20,000 nucleotides of DNA from an uncultured virus (IMG/VR IMGVR_UViG_3300032093_000084). Taxonomy: Duplodnaviria > Heunggongvirae > Uroviricota > Caudoviricetes. The notes under the pieces were generated by a model. It ran no database searches and was not told the DNA's origin. It worked only from the letters and a program-made list of their open reading frames with translations. How positions within the stretch are numbered: the stretch's first letter is position 1; the number at the start of each line of letters is the position of its first letter. Positions 1 through 8,720 of the stretch are shown piece after piece. The DNA lies in the IMG/VR virus record IMGVR_UViG_3300032093_000084; one strand, written 5' to 3'. Position numbers and translations under genes: made by a program.

Positions 1-540
1 AATTTAACATCTGAACAAAAAGAACGTTTAGTTCGAGAATATATACGTAGAAAAATTGCAAAAGTTTTACAAGAAAGTACATTAAACGAACAACCTGCAG
101 ACGATGCAGCAGCACCAGAAGACGAAACTGCTGAAACACCGGACGCAGCAGCAACACCAGACGCAGCAGCAACACCTGATACAACTACGCCTACTCCGGA
201 CGCCGCTCCAGCTACTGACACTGCAGCAACACCTGACGCTGCTCCAGCTACTGACACTGCAGCAACACCTGACGCAGCAGCACCTGCAACACCAGACGCA
301 GCAGCACCTGCAGCACCTGCTACAACAGCAGCTGCACCTGCAGAAACGCCAACTATTAATATTACTGCTAAAGATTTAGAGCAATTAACACAAGGCGGTA
401 CTGTTACAAAAGTAAAAAAATTAAATGGAATTTTAGATAAATTAATGCAAGATAGTGATACTGCAGATGTAAGATCATTTTATCAATTATTAGCTAGGTT
501 ATCTATTAAAAAAATGCGATCTGTACAAGCAGAAAAATAA
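1..540 (+). CDS. 5'-truncated hypothetical protein with Pro/Ala/Thr/Asp-rich linker; possible internal head protein
   Basis: Frame +1 is open from base 1 to TAA at 538-540: NLTSEQKERLVREYIRRKIAKVLQESTLNEQPADDAAAPEDETAETPDAAATP...RSVQAEK*. It is missing from the ORF track because its start lies upstream. Confidence 0.85.
   Translation, partial: NLTSEQKERLVREYIRRKIAKVLQESTLNEQPADDAAAPEDETAETPDAAATPDAAATPDTTTPTPDAAPATDTAATPDAAPATDTAATPDAAAPATPDAAAPAAPATTAAAPAETPTINITAKDLEQLTQGGTVTKVKKLNGILDKLMQDSDTADVRSFYQLLARLSIKKMRSVQAEK
199..270 (+). repeat. 36-bp tandem duplication (2 copies, 1 mismatch) encoding DAAPATDTAATP x2, within a wider TPDAAA low-complexity tract (~135-350)
   Basis: gacgccgctccagctactgacactgcagcaacacct followed by gacgctgctccagctactgacactgcagcaacacct. 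Confidence 0.9.
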
Positions 541-553
541 AAAGTTATAATAT

Positions 554-1204
554 ATGTCTAAAAAGTTACAAAACGTTAAAGCTATTCAACAAATGTTGGA
601 CGGCACCCATAAGTTTCAAACTAAAAAAACAATTGGATTTTCTGATGCTAAAGAAACGGCAAAAAAATCTGAACATCGTGAAATAGGAGATGTTTGGGAA
701 GAAACTGATTCTTCTGGTACTGTATATATAGTAGAACAACGCAATGGGTTTCGAATTCGAAAAACAAAAAATTCAGATGTATTTCAATCGATTCGCGAAG
801 AACTACGCGCATTTCCTAATTGTAAAAAAGATGTATGTACATGTAATGGCACACATCCGCTAGATCAAAAAATGCGAGGAATTCATGGAATGTGTTTTGA
901 CTGCGTAATTGAGATGGAACATGAAATGAAAAAAGATGGTACATTTGATGAATATGCTCGAAATAAAGTAAAAGAAAATGCATTAGCATGGTTACGTGAT
1001 GCTGAACGAGATGTTGCACTTTTAAAACAAACATATACTCAAGCATCACAATTTATTACGAATACAGACGGCGAAACGGAATCGTGGGCAGCAAAAATGA
1101 CCACTGAAGAATTTGAAGAAACTATACAAAAAGAATTCGATAAATTCAAAGAAAATTTTTTAAATAAATTAAATGGAGTTGAAGAAATAAATGAAAACAA
1201 TTAA
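554..1204 (+). CDS. hypothetical phage protein with Cys cluster (possible zinc-binding)
   Basis: 216 aa ORF containing CKKDVCTC...HGMCFDC; overlaps the next ORF. Confidence 0.8.
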   Translation: MSKKLQNVKAIQQMLDGTHKFQTKKTIGFSDAKETAKKSEHREIGDVWEETDSSGTVYIVEQRNGFRIRKTKNSDVFQSIREELRAFPNCKKDVCTCNGTHPLDQKMRGIHGMCFDCVIEMEHEMKKDGTFDEYARNKVKENALAWLRDAERDVALLKQTYTQASQFITNTDGETESWAAKMTTEEFEETIQKEFDKFKENFLNKLNGVEEINENN

Positions 1205-1526
1205 AAACATTGTATTAGCAATTGCCGGAATCATTGGAGCTGTAGTTGCATTTTTCTTATTTACAGGAAAAAGAAAATCAAAACAAATTGAAAAGATTGA
1301 CGTCGCTGTTGCAGAAAAAAAGCAACATGTAGAACGCATTGAAACTGAAGTAAAGCAAGTTGCAAAGAAACGAAAAGCAGTTAAAAAAGAAATTGCTGAG
1401 ATAAAAGAACAAATTGTTGACTTAGAATTGCAGAAAGAAAATCTAGTAGTAGAAGAAAAACCTGCAGAAGAAGTAAAAGACAATATCTTAAAACAAACAC
1501 GCAGAGGTCGTCCTAAAAAGGCATAA
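1191..1526 (+). CDS. N-terminal transmembrane + coiled-coil protein (possible i-spanin-like lysis protein)
   Basis: Hydrophobic IVLAIAGIIGAVVAFFLF followed by a K/E-rich heptad region; function is inferred. Confidence 0.6.
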   Translation: MKTIKNIVLAIAGIIGAVVAFFLFTGKRKSKQIEKIDVAVAEKKQHVERIETEVKQVAKKRKAVKKEIAEIKEQIVDLELQKENLVVEEKPAEEVKDNILKQTRRGRPKKA

Positions 1527-1527
1527 T

Positions 1528-1926
1528 ATGAAAAACGTATTATTTATTTTCTTGTTTGTTTCTGTTTTAGGTTTTGCTCAAAAAACTAAAAAACAAGCAC
1601 CTGATACAGTTTGTTTTACTAAAGAGCAAGCAGCAGATATTTCTTTTGTTTTAGATTCATTATGGGCAGCAGATGATATTAATAATGAATTAATTGCATC
1701 TTACAAACGATTAGCAAAAAAGCAAGATTCTTTAATTGCATTAGATTCAATTCAACTTGACAAGCAAGATAGCATTATTGTGTATCAAAAAAACATTGTA
1801 ACAGATTTAGAAAAGAAAATCGAATTACTACAACCAAAATGGAATGATAAAAAATCAGTTTGGTTCGGATTCGGTTTTATCACTGCATTAGGTTCTGGTA
1901 TATTAGTTAATCAACTTATAAAATAA
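1528..1926 (+). CDS. secreted/membrane coiled-coil protein (signal peptide + C-terminal hydrophobic helix)
   Basis: MKNVLFIFLFVSVLGFA-Q signal-peptide pattern; C-terminal WFGFGFITALGSGILV. Confidence 0.65.
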   Translation: MKNVLFIFLFVSVLGFAQKTKKQAPDTVCFTKEQAADISFVLDSLWAADDINNELIASYKRLAKKQDSLIALDSIQLDKQDSIIVYQKNIVTDLEKKIELLQPKWNDKKSVWFGFGFITALGSGILVNQLIK

Positions 1927-1927
1927 T

Positions 1928-3508
1928 ATGAGTCAAAATATAAAACAGATCATACAACAGCAGTACACAATGTGTGCTAAAGATCCTGTTTTTTTCATGA
2001 GACAATATTGTTATATTCAACACCCGAAAAAAGGTAAAATTAAATTTAACCTATATCCGTTTCAGGAAGATTCATTAACGGAATTACGTGATAATCGATA
2101 CAATGTAATTCTTAAGTCTCGTCAGTTAGGTATATCAACTCTTTCAGCAGGGTTTGCTCTTTGGAGTATGTTATTCAAAGAAGATTTTAACGTACTAGTT
2201 ATTGCAACAACTCAAGAAGTAGCAAAAAACCTAGTAACAAAAGTACGTGTCATGCATGACAATTTACCTAGTTGGTTAAAGGGTAATATTGAAGCAGATA
2301 ACAAACTTTCTCTTAAATTTAAAAACGGCTCACAAATTAAAGCAGTATCATCAGCAACTACCGGTGCACGTTCAGAAGCACTTTCATTGCTAATTATAGA
2401 TGAGGCTGCCTTCATTCGTAACATTGAAGAAATTTGGGTAGCATCGCAAGCAACATTATCTACAGGTGGTGGTGCTATTGTATTATCAACACCTAACGGG
2501 GTTGGTAACTGGTTTCACTCAGTATGGTCTGAAGCAGAACAAGAAATTAATGGATTTCATACAATCAAGCTGCATTGGACGGTACACCCGGATCGAGATC
2601 AATATTGGCGCGATGAACAAACCAAACTTCTTGGTGAACGAGGCGCTGCACAAGAATGTGACTGTGACTTTATTAGTTCTGGACATACTGTAATAGATGG
2701 TGCTATATTGATGGATTATGAAATAAAATGTACTGATCCTATCGAAAAGCGAGGCTTTGACAATGCATATTGGGTTTGGGAATATCCGAACTATGAAAAA
2801 GATTATATAGTAGTAGCTGACGTTGCACGAGGCGATGGAGGCGACTGGTCTACATTTCACGTTATTGACGTACAAGATGTTGTACAAGTTGCAGAATATA
2901 AAGGTAAACTTCCTCCTAAAGATTTTGGTAACATGTTAGTATCAGTTGCAACAGAATGGAATAATGCATTATTAGCAATTGAAAATGCCAATATTGGATG
3001 GGCTGCAATTCAACCTGTATTAGACCGTAACTATGAAAATTTATTCTATACATATAAAGATGATGGTTATGTAGATGTCGATGTTCAACTTAAAAAAGGT
3101 TATGATATGAAAGATAAGAGCCAAATGGTTCCGGGAGTATCAACAACATCTCGAACTCGTCCATTAATGATATCAGCTCTAGAAATGTATATGCGAGAAA
3201 AAACACCTGTTATACGAAGCAAAAGATTAATTCAAGAATTATTTGTATTTGTTTGGTTAAACGGAAAAGCTCAGTCGCAAACTGGATATAATGATGACTT
3301 AGTAATGGCATTTGCTATCGGTTTATGGCTTCGAGATACATCTTTAAAATTACGTCAACAAGGAATTGAACTTCATAAGAAAACATTATCGCAATTCCAA
3401 AAATCACAAAATACAACAATTTATACTGGTAAGCCTTCTAGTAATATAGACGGTTGGAGTTGGAATAATGGTTATGATAACGAAGACCTAACATGGTTGA
3501 TACGTTAA
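1928..3508 (+). CDS. terL: terminase large subunit (T4 gp17-like)
   Basis: Walker A-like KSRQLGIST, Walker B LLIIDEAAF, coupling motif STPNG, nuclease motifs VADVARG and NDDLVMA; directly upstream of the portal. Confidence 0.95.
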   Translation: MSQNIKQIIQQQYTMCAKDPVFFMRQYCYIQHPKKGKIKFNLYPFQEDSLTELRDNRYNVILKSRQLGISTLSAGFALWSMLFKEDFNVLVIATTQEVAKNLVTKVRVMHDNLPSWLKGNIEADNKLSLKFKNGSQIKAVSSATTGARSEALSLLIIDEAAFIRNIEEIWVASQATLSTGGGAIVLSTPNGVGNWFHSVWSEAEQEINGFHTIKLHWTVHPDRDQYWRDEQTKLLGERGAAQECDCDFISSGHTVIDGAILMDYEIKCTDPIEKRGFDNAYWVWEYPNYEKDYIVVADVARGDGGDWSTFHVIDVQDVVQVAEYKGKLPPKDFGNMLVSVATEWNNALLAIENANIGWAAIQPVLDRNYENLFYTYKDDGYVDVDVQLKKGYDMKDKSQMVPGVSTTSRTRPLMISALEMYMREKTPVIRSKRLIQELFVFVWLNGKAQSQTGYNDDLVMAFAIGLWLRDTSLKLRQQGIELHKKTLSQFQKSQNTTIYTGKPSSNIDGWSWNNGYDNEDLTWLIR

Positions 3509-3531
3509 TAGCCATGGTTCTGTAACAAGTT

Positions 3532-3539
3532 ATATTTAT
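3532..3539 (+). promoter_or_regulatory. putative late promoter motif ATATTTAT
   Basis: Same octamer recurs in seven intergenic gaps; 17 nt before the portal ATG. Confidence 0.6.
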
Positions 3540-3556
3540 TATAAAATATTATTATT

Positions 3557-5395
3557 ATGGCGTCATTAAGAAAACGTTTACAAAATCTATTTTCTACGAA
3601 TGTTATTGTTCGTGCATATGGAAAAGATAAATTAAAAGTAGTTGATACTAATCGATTACAAAGTGTCGGTAACTTAGCTCAAACTAAAGTTGCAGACAGA
3701 TACACTAGAATGCACGGTGCTAATAAGCACATGGTTGGCGGAATGGGTGGATATGATTCCAACTATTACCAACAACAACATCGTATGCAGCTTTATGCTG
3801 ATTATGAGATGATGGATAAAGACCCTATTATTAGTTCCGCTTTAGATATTTATTCGGATGAGTCTACATTATCTGATCAATTTGGAGATTTATTAACAAT
3901 TAAATGTAATAATACACAAATTCAAAAAATACTTTATAATTTATTTTATGATGTTTTAAATATTGAATTTAATCTTTGGACATGGATTCGAAACATGACA
4001 AAGTATGGAGATTTCTTTTTAAAATTAGATATTGCTGAAGAAATTGGTATATTAAATGCACGGCCGTTATCTAGCTATGAGTTAGAACGATGGGAACAAT
4101 ATGACGAAGTTACTGGCGAATATACTATTAAATTTAAACATGTTTCTGATATTAGAAATGAATTTGATACATTTGAAATAGCACATTTTCGTATGTTATC
4201 TGATTCTAATTTTTTACCATATGGTAGATCAATGTTAGAAGGTGCTCGTAAGGAATTTCAAAAATTAATGATGATGGAAGATGCAATGTTAATACATCGT
4301 ATCATGCGAGCTCCAGAAAAACGTATTTTTAAAATTGATATTGGTAATATTCCACCGAATGAAGTAGATTCATTTATGGAACAAATTATCAATAAAATGA
4401 AAAAAGTTCCACATATAGATCCACAAACCGGTAATTACAATCTTCGATTCAATCTAAATAATATGTTAGAAGATTATTACTTGCCAGTACGAGGAGGTAA
4501 CTCAACTACTTCGATTGACACATTACCAGGAATGACATTTACTGGTTTAGATGATATTGAATATGTAAAAAATAAAATGATGGCTGCCTTAAAAATTCCT
4601 AAGCCATTTTTAGGATATTCTGAAGCAGTAGAAGGTAAAACTACATTAGCATCGATGGATATTCGTTTTGCTAGAACCATCGAACGCGTTCAAAAAATCG
4701 TTGTTTCAGAATTAACTAAGATTGCAATAGTACATTTATATGCACAAGGTTTTGAAGGAGAAGATTTAATTGGATTTGATTTAGAATTAACAGCACCTTC
4801 GATTGTTTATGATCAACAAAAAGTTGCTTTGATGACTGAAAAAATGACATTAGCAACAGCAATGAAAGATAGTAAATTAGTTTCTGATAAATACATATAT
4901 GAATTTATATTTAATATGTCTGAAGATCAATGGTTGCAAGAAAGAACTAATGTTATTGAAGATTTAAAACTTCGATTCCGTCAAAATCAAATTGAGCAAG
5001 AAGGAAATGATCCTACAATAACGGGAGTTTCATTTGGTACACCACACGATATGGCCTCACTCCATATGTCATCTAATAATGTAGAAGAAAAAGATAAAGG
5101 AGGCCGTCCACCAGAAGGAATCAAATTTGGACAACATAAAAATGCATTAGGATGGGATCCAACGGGCGGCAAAGAAATTAAACAAGCATTTAATCCAGAA
5201 AATCAAAAATCTACATTTTTACCTAATACTAGAACTGATCGAAAAGTAAAAGTTTTTTCTTCTGAAAATTTAGATTTTTTAAAAAATATGAAGAATAAAA
5301 ACAAAACAATTATTACCGAATCATTAAAAACATCATATGAACGAAGAGAAGACACAGATTCGGGTACGTTGTTAGATGAAAACAATATTTTATAA
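3557..5395 (+). CDS. portal protein (T4 gp20-like)
   Basis: Motifs ALDIYSDE, YGRSMLE, MEDAMLIHRIMRAPEKRIFKIDIGN, EDYYLPVRGG, IDTLPG, ALKIPK typical of gp20 portals; synteny. Confidence 0.95.
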   Translation: MASLRKRLQNLFSTNVIVRAYGKDKLKVVDTNRLQSVGNLAQTKVADRYTRMHGANKHMVGGMGGYDSNYYQQQHRMQLYADYEMMDKDPIISSALDIYSDESTLSDQFGDLLTIKCNNTQIQKILYNLFYDVLNIEFNLWTWIRNMTKYGDFFLKLDIAEEIGILNARPLSSYELERWEQYDEVTGEYTIKFKHVSDIRNEFDTFEIAHFRMLSDSNFLPYGRSMLEGARKEFQKLMMMEDAMLIHRIMRAPEKRIFKIDIGNIPPNEVDSFMEQIINKMKKVPHIDPQTGNYNLRFNLNNMLEDYYLPVRGGNSTTSIDTLPGMTFTGLDDIEYVKNKMMAALKIPKPFLGYSEAVEGKTTLASMDIRFARTIERVQKIVVSELTKIAIVHLYAQGFEGEDLIGFDLELTAPSIVYDQQKVALMTEKMTLATAMKDSKLVSDKYIYEFIFNMSEDQWLQERTNVIEDLKLRFRQNQIEQEGNDPTITGVSFGTPHDMASLHMSSNNVEEKDKGGRPPEGIKFGQHKNALGWDPTGGKEIKQAFNPENQKSTFLPNTRTDRKVKVFSSENLDFLKNMKNKNKTIITESLKTSYERREDTDSGTLLDENNIL

Positions 5396-5403
5396 AAGTA
5401 AAC

Positions 5404-5411
5404 ATATTTAT
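5404..5411 (+). promoter_or_regulatory. putative late promoter motif ATATTTAT
   Basis: Intergenic copy, 27 nt before ATG 5439. Confidence 0.6.
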
Positions 5412-5438
5412 TTAATATAAAAAGAACTGTGTAACAAA

Positions 5439-6287
5439 ATGACTAAATTGAAACATTCGAAATATAAGAACACTGGCATTCTTTTTGAACTGTTAGTTAG
5501 AAAATTAACATCAGAAACATTATCTTCAGATAAATCAGTTACTATTGATATAATTAAAAAATACTTCGGTAAAAATACAGAACTAGCTAAAGAATTACAA
5601 TTATATAATTCTTTATTAAAAGAACAATTCCGCAGCGAAGCTCAAGCATTAGATTATATTCGTACTATTAAATCAACTCATAACAAATTGAATCATTCTT
5701 TACTAAGACGTCAGCGATATAATTTAGTTAAAGAAATTTCAGAAAAATTTATTTTTGCAAATATGGCTAAAGCTCATATTAACAATTATAAAAGTTTAGC
5801 TTCAATTTATATGATTTTTGAATATGACGAATCTTCTAATCCTAAACAATTATTAGAATGTAAAAATGTAATCATTAAAAATAATATGATGGTTGAAAAA
5901 CGAGTTGAAATAAAAGATCCACTCATTGAAGCATTTGAATCACAGCCAAAAGATATTAGATTATTAACATATAAATTAATGATTGATAAATTCAATGATA
6001 AGTATTCCGTTTTAGACGAATCACAAAAACGTTTATTGAATAAATATATTATTAATGTTAATGATACTGAAGCATTAAAAGAATATATTGAAAAGATTAT
6101 TCCTCAAATTAAAAATGAATTATCGATTCAAGCAAAAGTAATCTCTGATAAAGCAACACAAATTAAAGTTCAAAAACTTTCAGAAATGCTTTGTACTGTT
6201 GAAAATATGAAAACAATTAAAGAATCTCACGTACTTTCATTATTACGTTATTTTGATTTAATTAAAGAATTGAAAGGTTTGCATTAA
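5439..6287 (+). CDS. hypothetical helical protein of the head cluster (possible prohead core component)
   Basis: 282 aa ORF between portal and protease; TAATG coupling to the next gene. Confidence 0.75.
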   Translation: MTKLKHSKYKNTGILFELLVRKLTSETLSSDKSVTIDIIKKYFGKNTELAKELQLYNSLLKEQFRSEAQALDYIRTIKSTHNKLNHSLLRRQRYNLVKEISEKFIFANMAKAHINNYKSLASIYMIFEYDESSNPKQLLECKNVIIKNNMMVEKRVEIKDPLIEAFESQPKDIRLLTYKLMIDKFNDKYSVLDESQKRLLNKYIINVNDTEALKEYIEKIIPQIKNELSIQAKVISDKATQIKVQKLSEMLCTVENMKTIKESHVLSLLRYFDLIKELKGLH

Positions 6288-6754
6288 TGAGATCGCTTTT
6301 GAAAGAAATGGAAGAAAAATTCATAGAAATTGAAGAAGAATTAGCATCTGAAGAACAAGATTCTGATTTAGAAGAACAAAATGTAACTAGTGCAATAGCT
6401 GGTTATAATACTCCAAAAGCCTTTGCAAAGAAACCTAATAAAAAAACTGCAGAACAATTGGGTTATAAAATAGTTCAAGAAGCAATGGATGAAAAATATG
6501 AAAAGCTAATAGAAAGCTATAGCGATTTTAAAAAAATTGGAGATAAAAAACCTTCGATGCATATTAAAGATTCTATCAGAGAGATTGCTAAAAAATTACA
6601 AGAAATTGAAACAATTGTAAATCATACATCAAAATATAAGAATGAATCTGGTATTGCATCTTCACAATACGGTCCAGCTGCAGGAAAAGCAATGACAAAA
6701 ATTGCCGAACGATTAACTAGAATATCAGAACGTGTAAGAGCATTAGGGGAGTAA
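6287..6754 (+). CDS. hypothetical head-cluster protein (acidic N-terminus, coiled coil)
   Basis: 155 aa, translationally coupled; several L/I-x-E motifs. Confidence 0.75.
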   Translation: MRSLLKEMEEKFIEIEEELASEEQDSDLEEQNVTSAIAGYNTPKAFAKKPNKKTAEQLGYKIVQEAMDEKYEKLIESYSDFKKIGDKKPSMHIKDSIREIAKKLQEIETIVNHTSKYKNESGIASSQYGPAAGKAMTKIAERLTRISERVRALGE

Positions 6755-6755
6755 T

Positions 6756-7388
6756 ATGTCAAAGAATTTAATTGTAGAATACATACCATTTAAGCCAGTT
6801 GGTTCATTAACTGAGCAAAGTGGTGCTGCATATGGAATTCCAGGCGGCTTTGTTGTTCAAGGAGTTTTACAGAGAGCTGGCGCAAAAAATCAAAACGGAC
6901 GAGTATATCCTAAACATATTCTAGAAAGAGAGTGCCAACGTTATCAAAAAGAATATATTGATCAACATCGTGCATTAGGCGAATTAGATCACCCAGAATC
7001 ATCAATTGTTAACTTAAATAATGTTTCGCATAATGTTTTAAAAATTTGGTGGAATGGTGATGATTTATTAGGAGCTGTTCAAATTTTAGAAACACCATCT
7101 GGCAAGATTTTAAAAGAATTATTTAAAGCGGGTATTACATTAGGTATTTCGTCTCGAGGTTTAGGATCAGTCAAAGAATTACGTAGTGAAGGCGTAGTCG
7201 AAGTTCAAGAAGATTTTGAATTAATATGTTGGGACTTCGTTTCTAATCCTTCTACACATGGGGCTTTTATGCGGCCTACGAGCATGAATGAATCTGCGAA
7301 TAAAAGTATTCAATTAAATAAATATAATAAAGTAAACGACATCATTACATCAATTTTATGCGAAGATGGTAAATGTAGGATAATATAA
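6756..7388 (+). CDS. prohead core protease (T4 gp21-like)
   Basis: NQNGRVYP, ALGELDHP (catalytic His region), GISSRGLGS (catalytic Ser region), WDFVSNPS. Confidence 0.95.
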   Translation: MSKNLIVEYIPFKPVGSLTEQSGAAYGIPGGFVVQGVLQRAGAKNQNGRVYPKHILERECQRYQKEYIDQHRALGELDHPESSIVNLNNVSHNVLKIWWNGDDLLGAVQILETPSGKILKELFKAGITLGISSRGLGSVKELRSEGVVEVQEDFELICWDFVSNPSTHGAFMRPTSMNESANKSIQLNKYNKVNDIITSILCEDGKCRII

Positions 7389-7765
7389 TGAGAACACCAA
7401 ATTTAAAATTTATTCTAGAAACAATATTAGAAGACCAGCCTCAGCCGATGTCTAAAGAAGAAAAACAAGATTTTGTTGAAACGGTAAAAAACTTTTCAGC
7501 ATTAGGTAATTCTGTATATGGCAAGGGTGATATAGAAGAAATCGTTGAACGTGTTAAAACAATTGTTGAACGAGCAGAACGCATCATGACAGAAAGTGAT
7601 GATTGGATGACAAATGTTGCACATAAAAAAGGCAATAAAAGAATGCATGAAGATTATCGCGATTTTGAACAGGCAGCTCGTGAATTGAAAGAAGCTCAAG
7701 AACGAATGGCACTTGCATATGAAAATATTGGACAACATTTAAATCGTTATTTTGAAGTTGGATAA
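7388..7765 (+). CDS. hypothetical head-cluster protein
   Basis: 125 aa helical ORF coupled via TAATG to the protease. Confidence 0.75.
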   Translation: MRTPNLKFILETILEDQPQPMSKEEKQDFVETVKNFSALGNSVYGKGDIEEIVERVKTIVERAERIMTESDDWMTNVAHKKGNKRMHEDYRDFEQAARELKEAQERMALAYENIGQHLNRYFEVG

Positions 7766-7766
7766 T

Positions 7767-7795
7767 TTGGATAATTAATATATTATTATTATAAT
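7767..7795 (+). promoter_or_regulatory. possible sigma70-like promoter TTGGAT-N17-TATAAT
   Basis: TTGGAT 7767-7772 and TATAAT 7790-7795 with a 17-nt spacer; the very AT-rich context lowers significance. Confidence 0.35.
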
Positions 7796-7804
7796 ATAGG
7801 TAGA

Positions 7805-8281
7805 ATGATGAATACCATAAAAAAATTATATAAAGAATTTTTTGGTTTAAATGAAGAAACAATGCCGATTCCTAAAATTGGCGACGCAGACATTGAGCAG
7901 CTAGAAAAATACAATGATGTTTTAAAACAAATAAAACAAACAATGGCTGAAGAAGAAAATATCGACGAAGCTCAGTTAATTAATCATATTTACGATTATC
8001 GAGGCGGCGTTGAGTATGTGTTACGAGATCCATCTCAAGCTAAAGATGTTGCTGCACAAATTCAAGAATGGACAACTAAAAAAGGATTTACAGTAGTTAA
8101 ACATACTTTATCAAAATCAGGTAAAATAGGTTATTTCTACTTTAGATTAGGAGAAGACCCAGAACGAGAAGCACAACGCATTCAAGGTTATTTTTCTTCG
8201 AAGATAGAAATTAAATTTTTCCGTTTTAAAGTTAAAGAAGAACAAACGCCACAAAGAACAATCGCACAATCAAAAATTTAA
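7805..8281 (+). CDS. hypothetical protein; C-terminal ~80 aa with ferredoxin-like (beta-alpha-beta-beta-alpha-beta) pattern
   Basis: 158 aa ORF (start 7805 or 7808); secondary-structure pattern judged by eye. Confidence 0.75.
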   Translation: MMNTIKKLYKEFFGLNEETMPIPKIGDADIEQLEKYNDVLKQIKQTMAEEENIDEAQLINHIYDYRGGVEYVLRDPSQAKDVAAQIQEWTTKKGFTVVKHTLSKSGKIGYFYFRLGEDPEREAQRIQGYFSSKIEIKFFRFKVKEEQTPQRTIAQSKI

Positions 8282-8290
8282 ATTAGTTAT

Positions 8291-8536
8291 ATGAATAAAA
8301 AACAAAAACAACACCAAACTACGGTAGCAGGAAATCCATTAGCAGTTAATGTAATTGGTTCTGCAAGAGAAGATTTAGCATTTGCATTGAAAGCTTGGAA
8401 ACGTAAAGTAAAAGCATCAGGTATTTTAGAACGAGTTAAAGATCTCAAAGAATTTGAAAAACCTAGTGTAACAAAACGAAAACAACTTCAAGCAGCACAA
8501 TTTATTCAAAAAATTAGAAGTGCAAATCAAGATTAA
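8291..8536 (+). CDS. rpsU: phage-encoded 30S ribosomal protein bS21
   Basis: EDLAFALKAWKRKVKASGILERVKDLKEFEKPSVTKRKQ matches the bS21 signature (ALxxFKRK...G...F/Y-EKPS..KR); ~15 aa N-terminal extension. Confidence 0.9.
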   Translation: MNKKQKQHQTTVAGNPLAVNVIGSAREDLAFALKAWKRKVKASGILERVKDLKEFEKPSVTKRKQLQAAQFIQKIRSANQD

Positions 8537-8558
8537 TTAAAATTTTTATATAAAGTAT

Positions 8559-8589
8559 AAGCCTTAACAAAAAAAGTTAGGGCTTTTTT
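8559..8589 (+). terminator. intrinsic terminator after bS21
   Basis: AAGCCTTAAC-A7-GTTAGGGCTT stem (one G-U) running into a T tract. Confidence 0.85.
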
Positions 8590-8610
8590 ACTGTTTTTTA
8601 AAACATGCTC

Positions 8611-8618
8611 ATATTTAT
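8611..8618 (+). promoter_or_regulatory. putative late promoter motif ATATTTAT for the scaffold-capsid unit
   Basis: Intergenic copy just downstream of the terminator. Confidence 0.6.
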
Positions 8619-8706
8619 TTGTAAATACGCTATCTCTTATATAGTGTCTAGTATTTATAAACTTTCTATTAAGATTCATAATAATCTTATTTCCAAAACA
8701 AAAATT

Positions 8707-8713
8707 TAAGGAG
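8707..8713 (+). promoter_or_regulatory. Shine-Dalgarno sequence TAAGGAG of the scaffold gene
   Basis: 7 nt before ATG 8721. Confidence 0.75.
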
Positions 8714-8720
8714 AAAAACG

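Noticed and set aside
104..379. Gln/His/Leu-rich 91 aa ORF from the track
   Set aside because: Shadow frame of the Pro/Ala/Thr repeat in the real frame +1 CDS (1-540)
3846..3853. ATATTTAT inside the portal gene
   Set aside because: Falls in the conserved LDIYS coding motif and lacks the A-rich tail; likely chance
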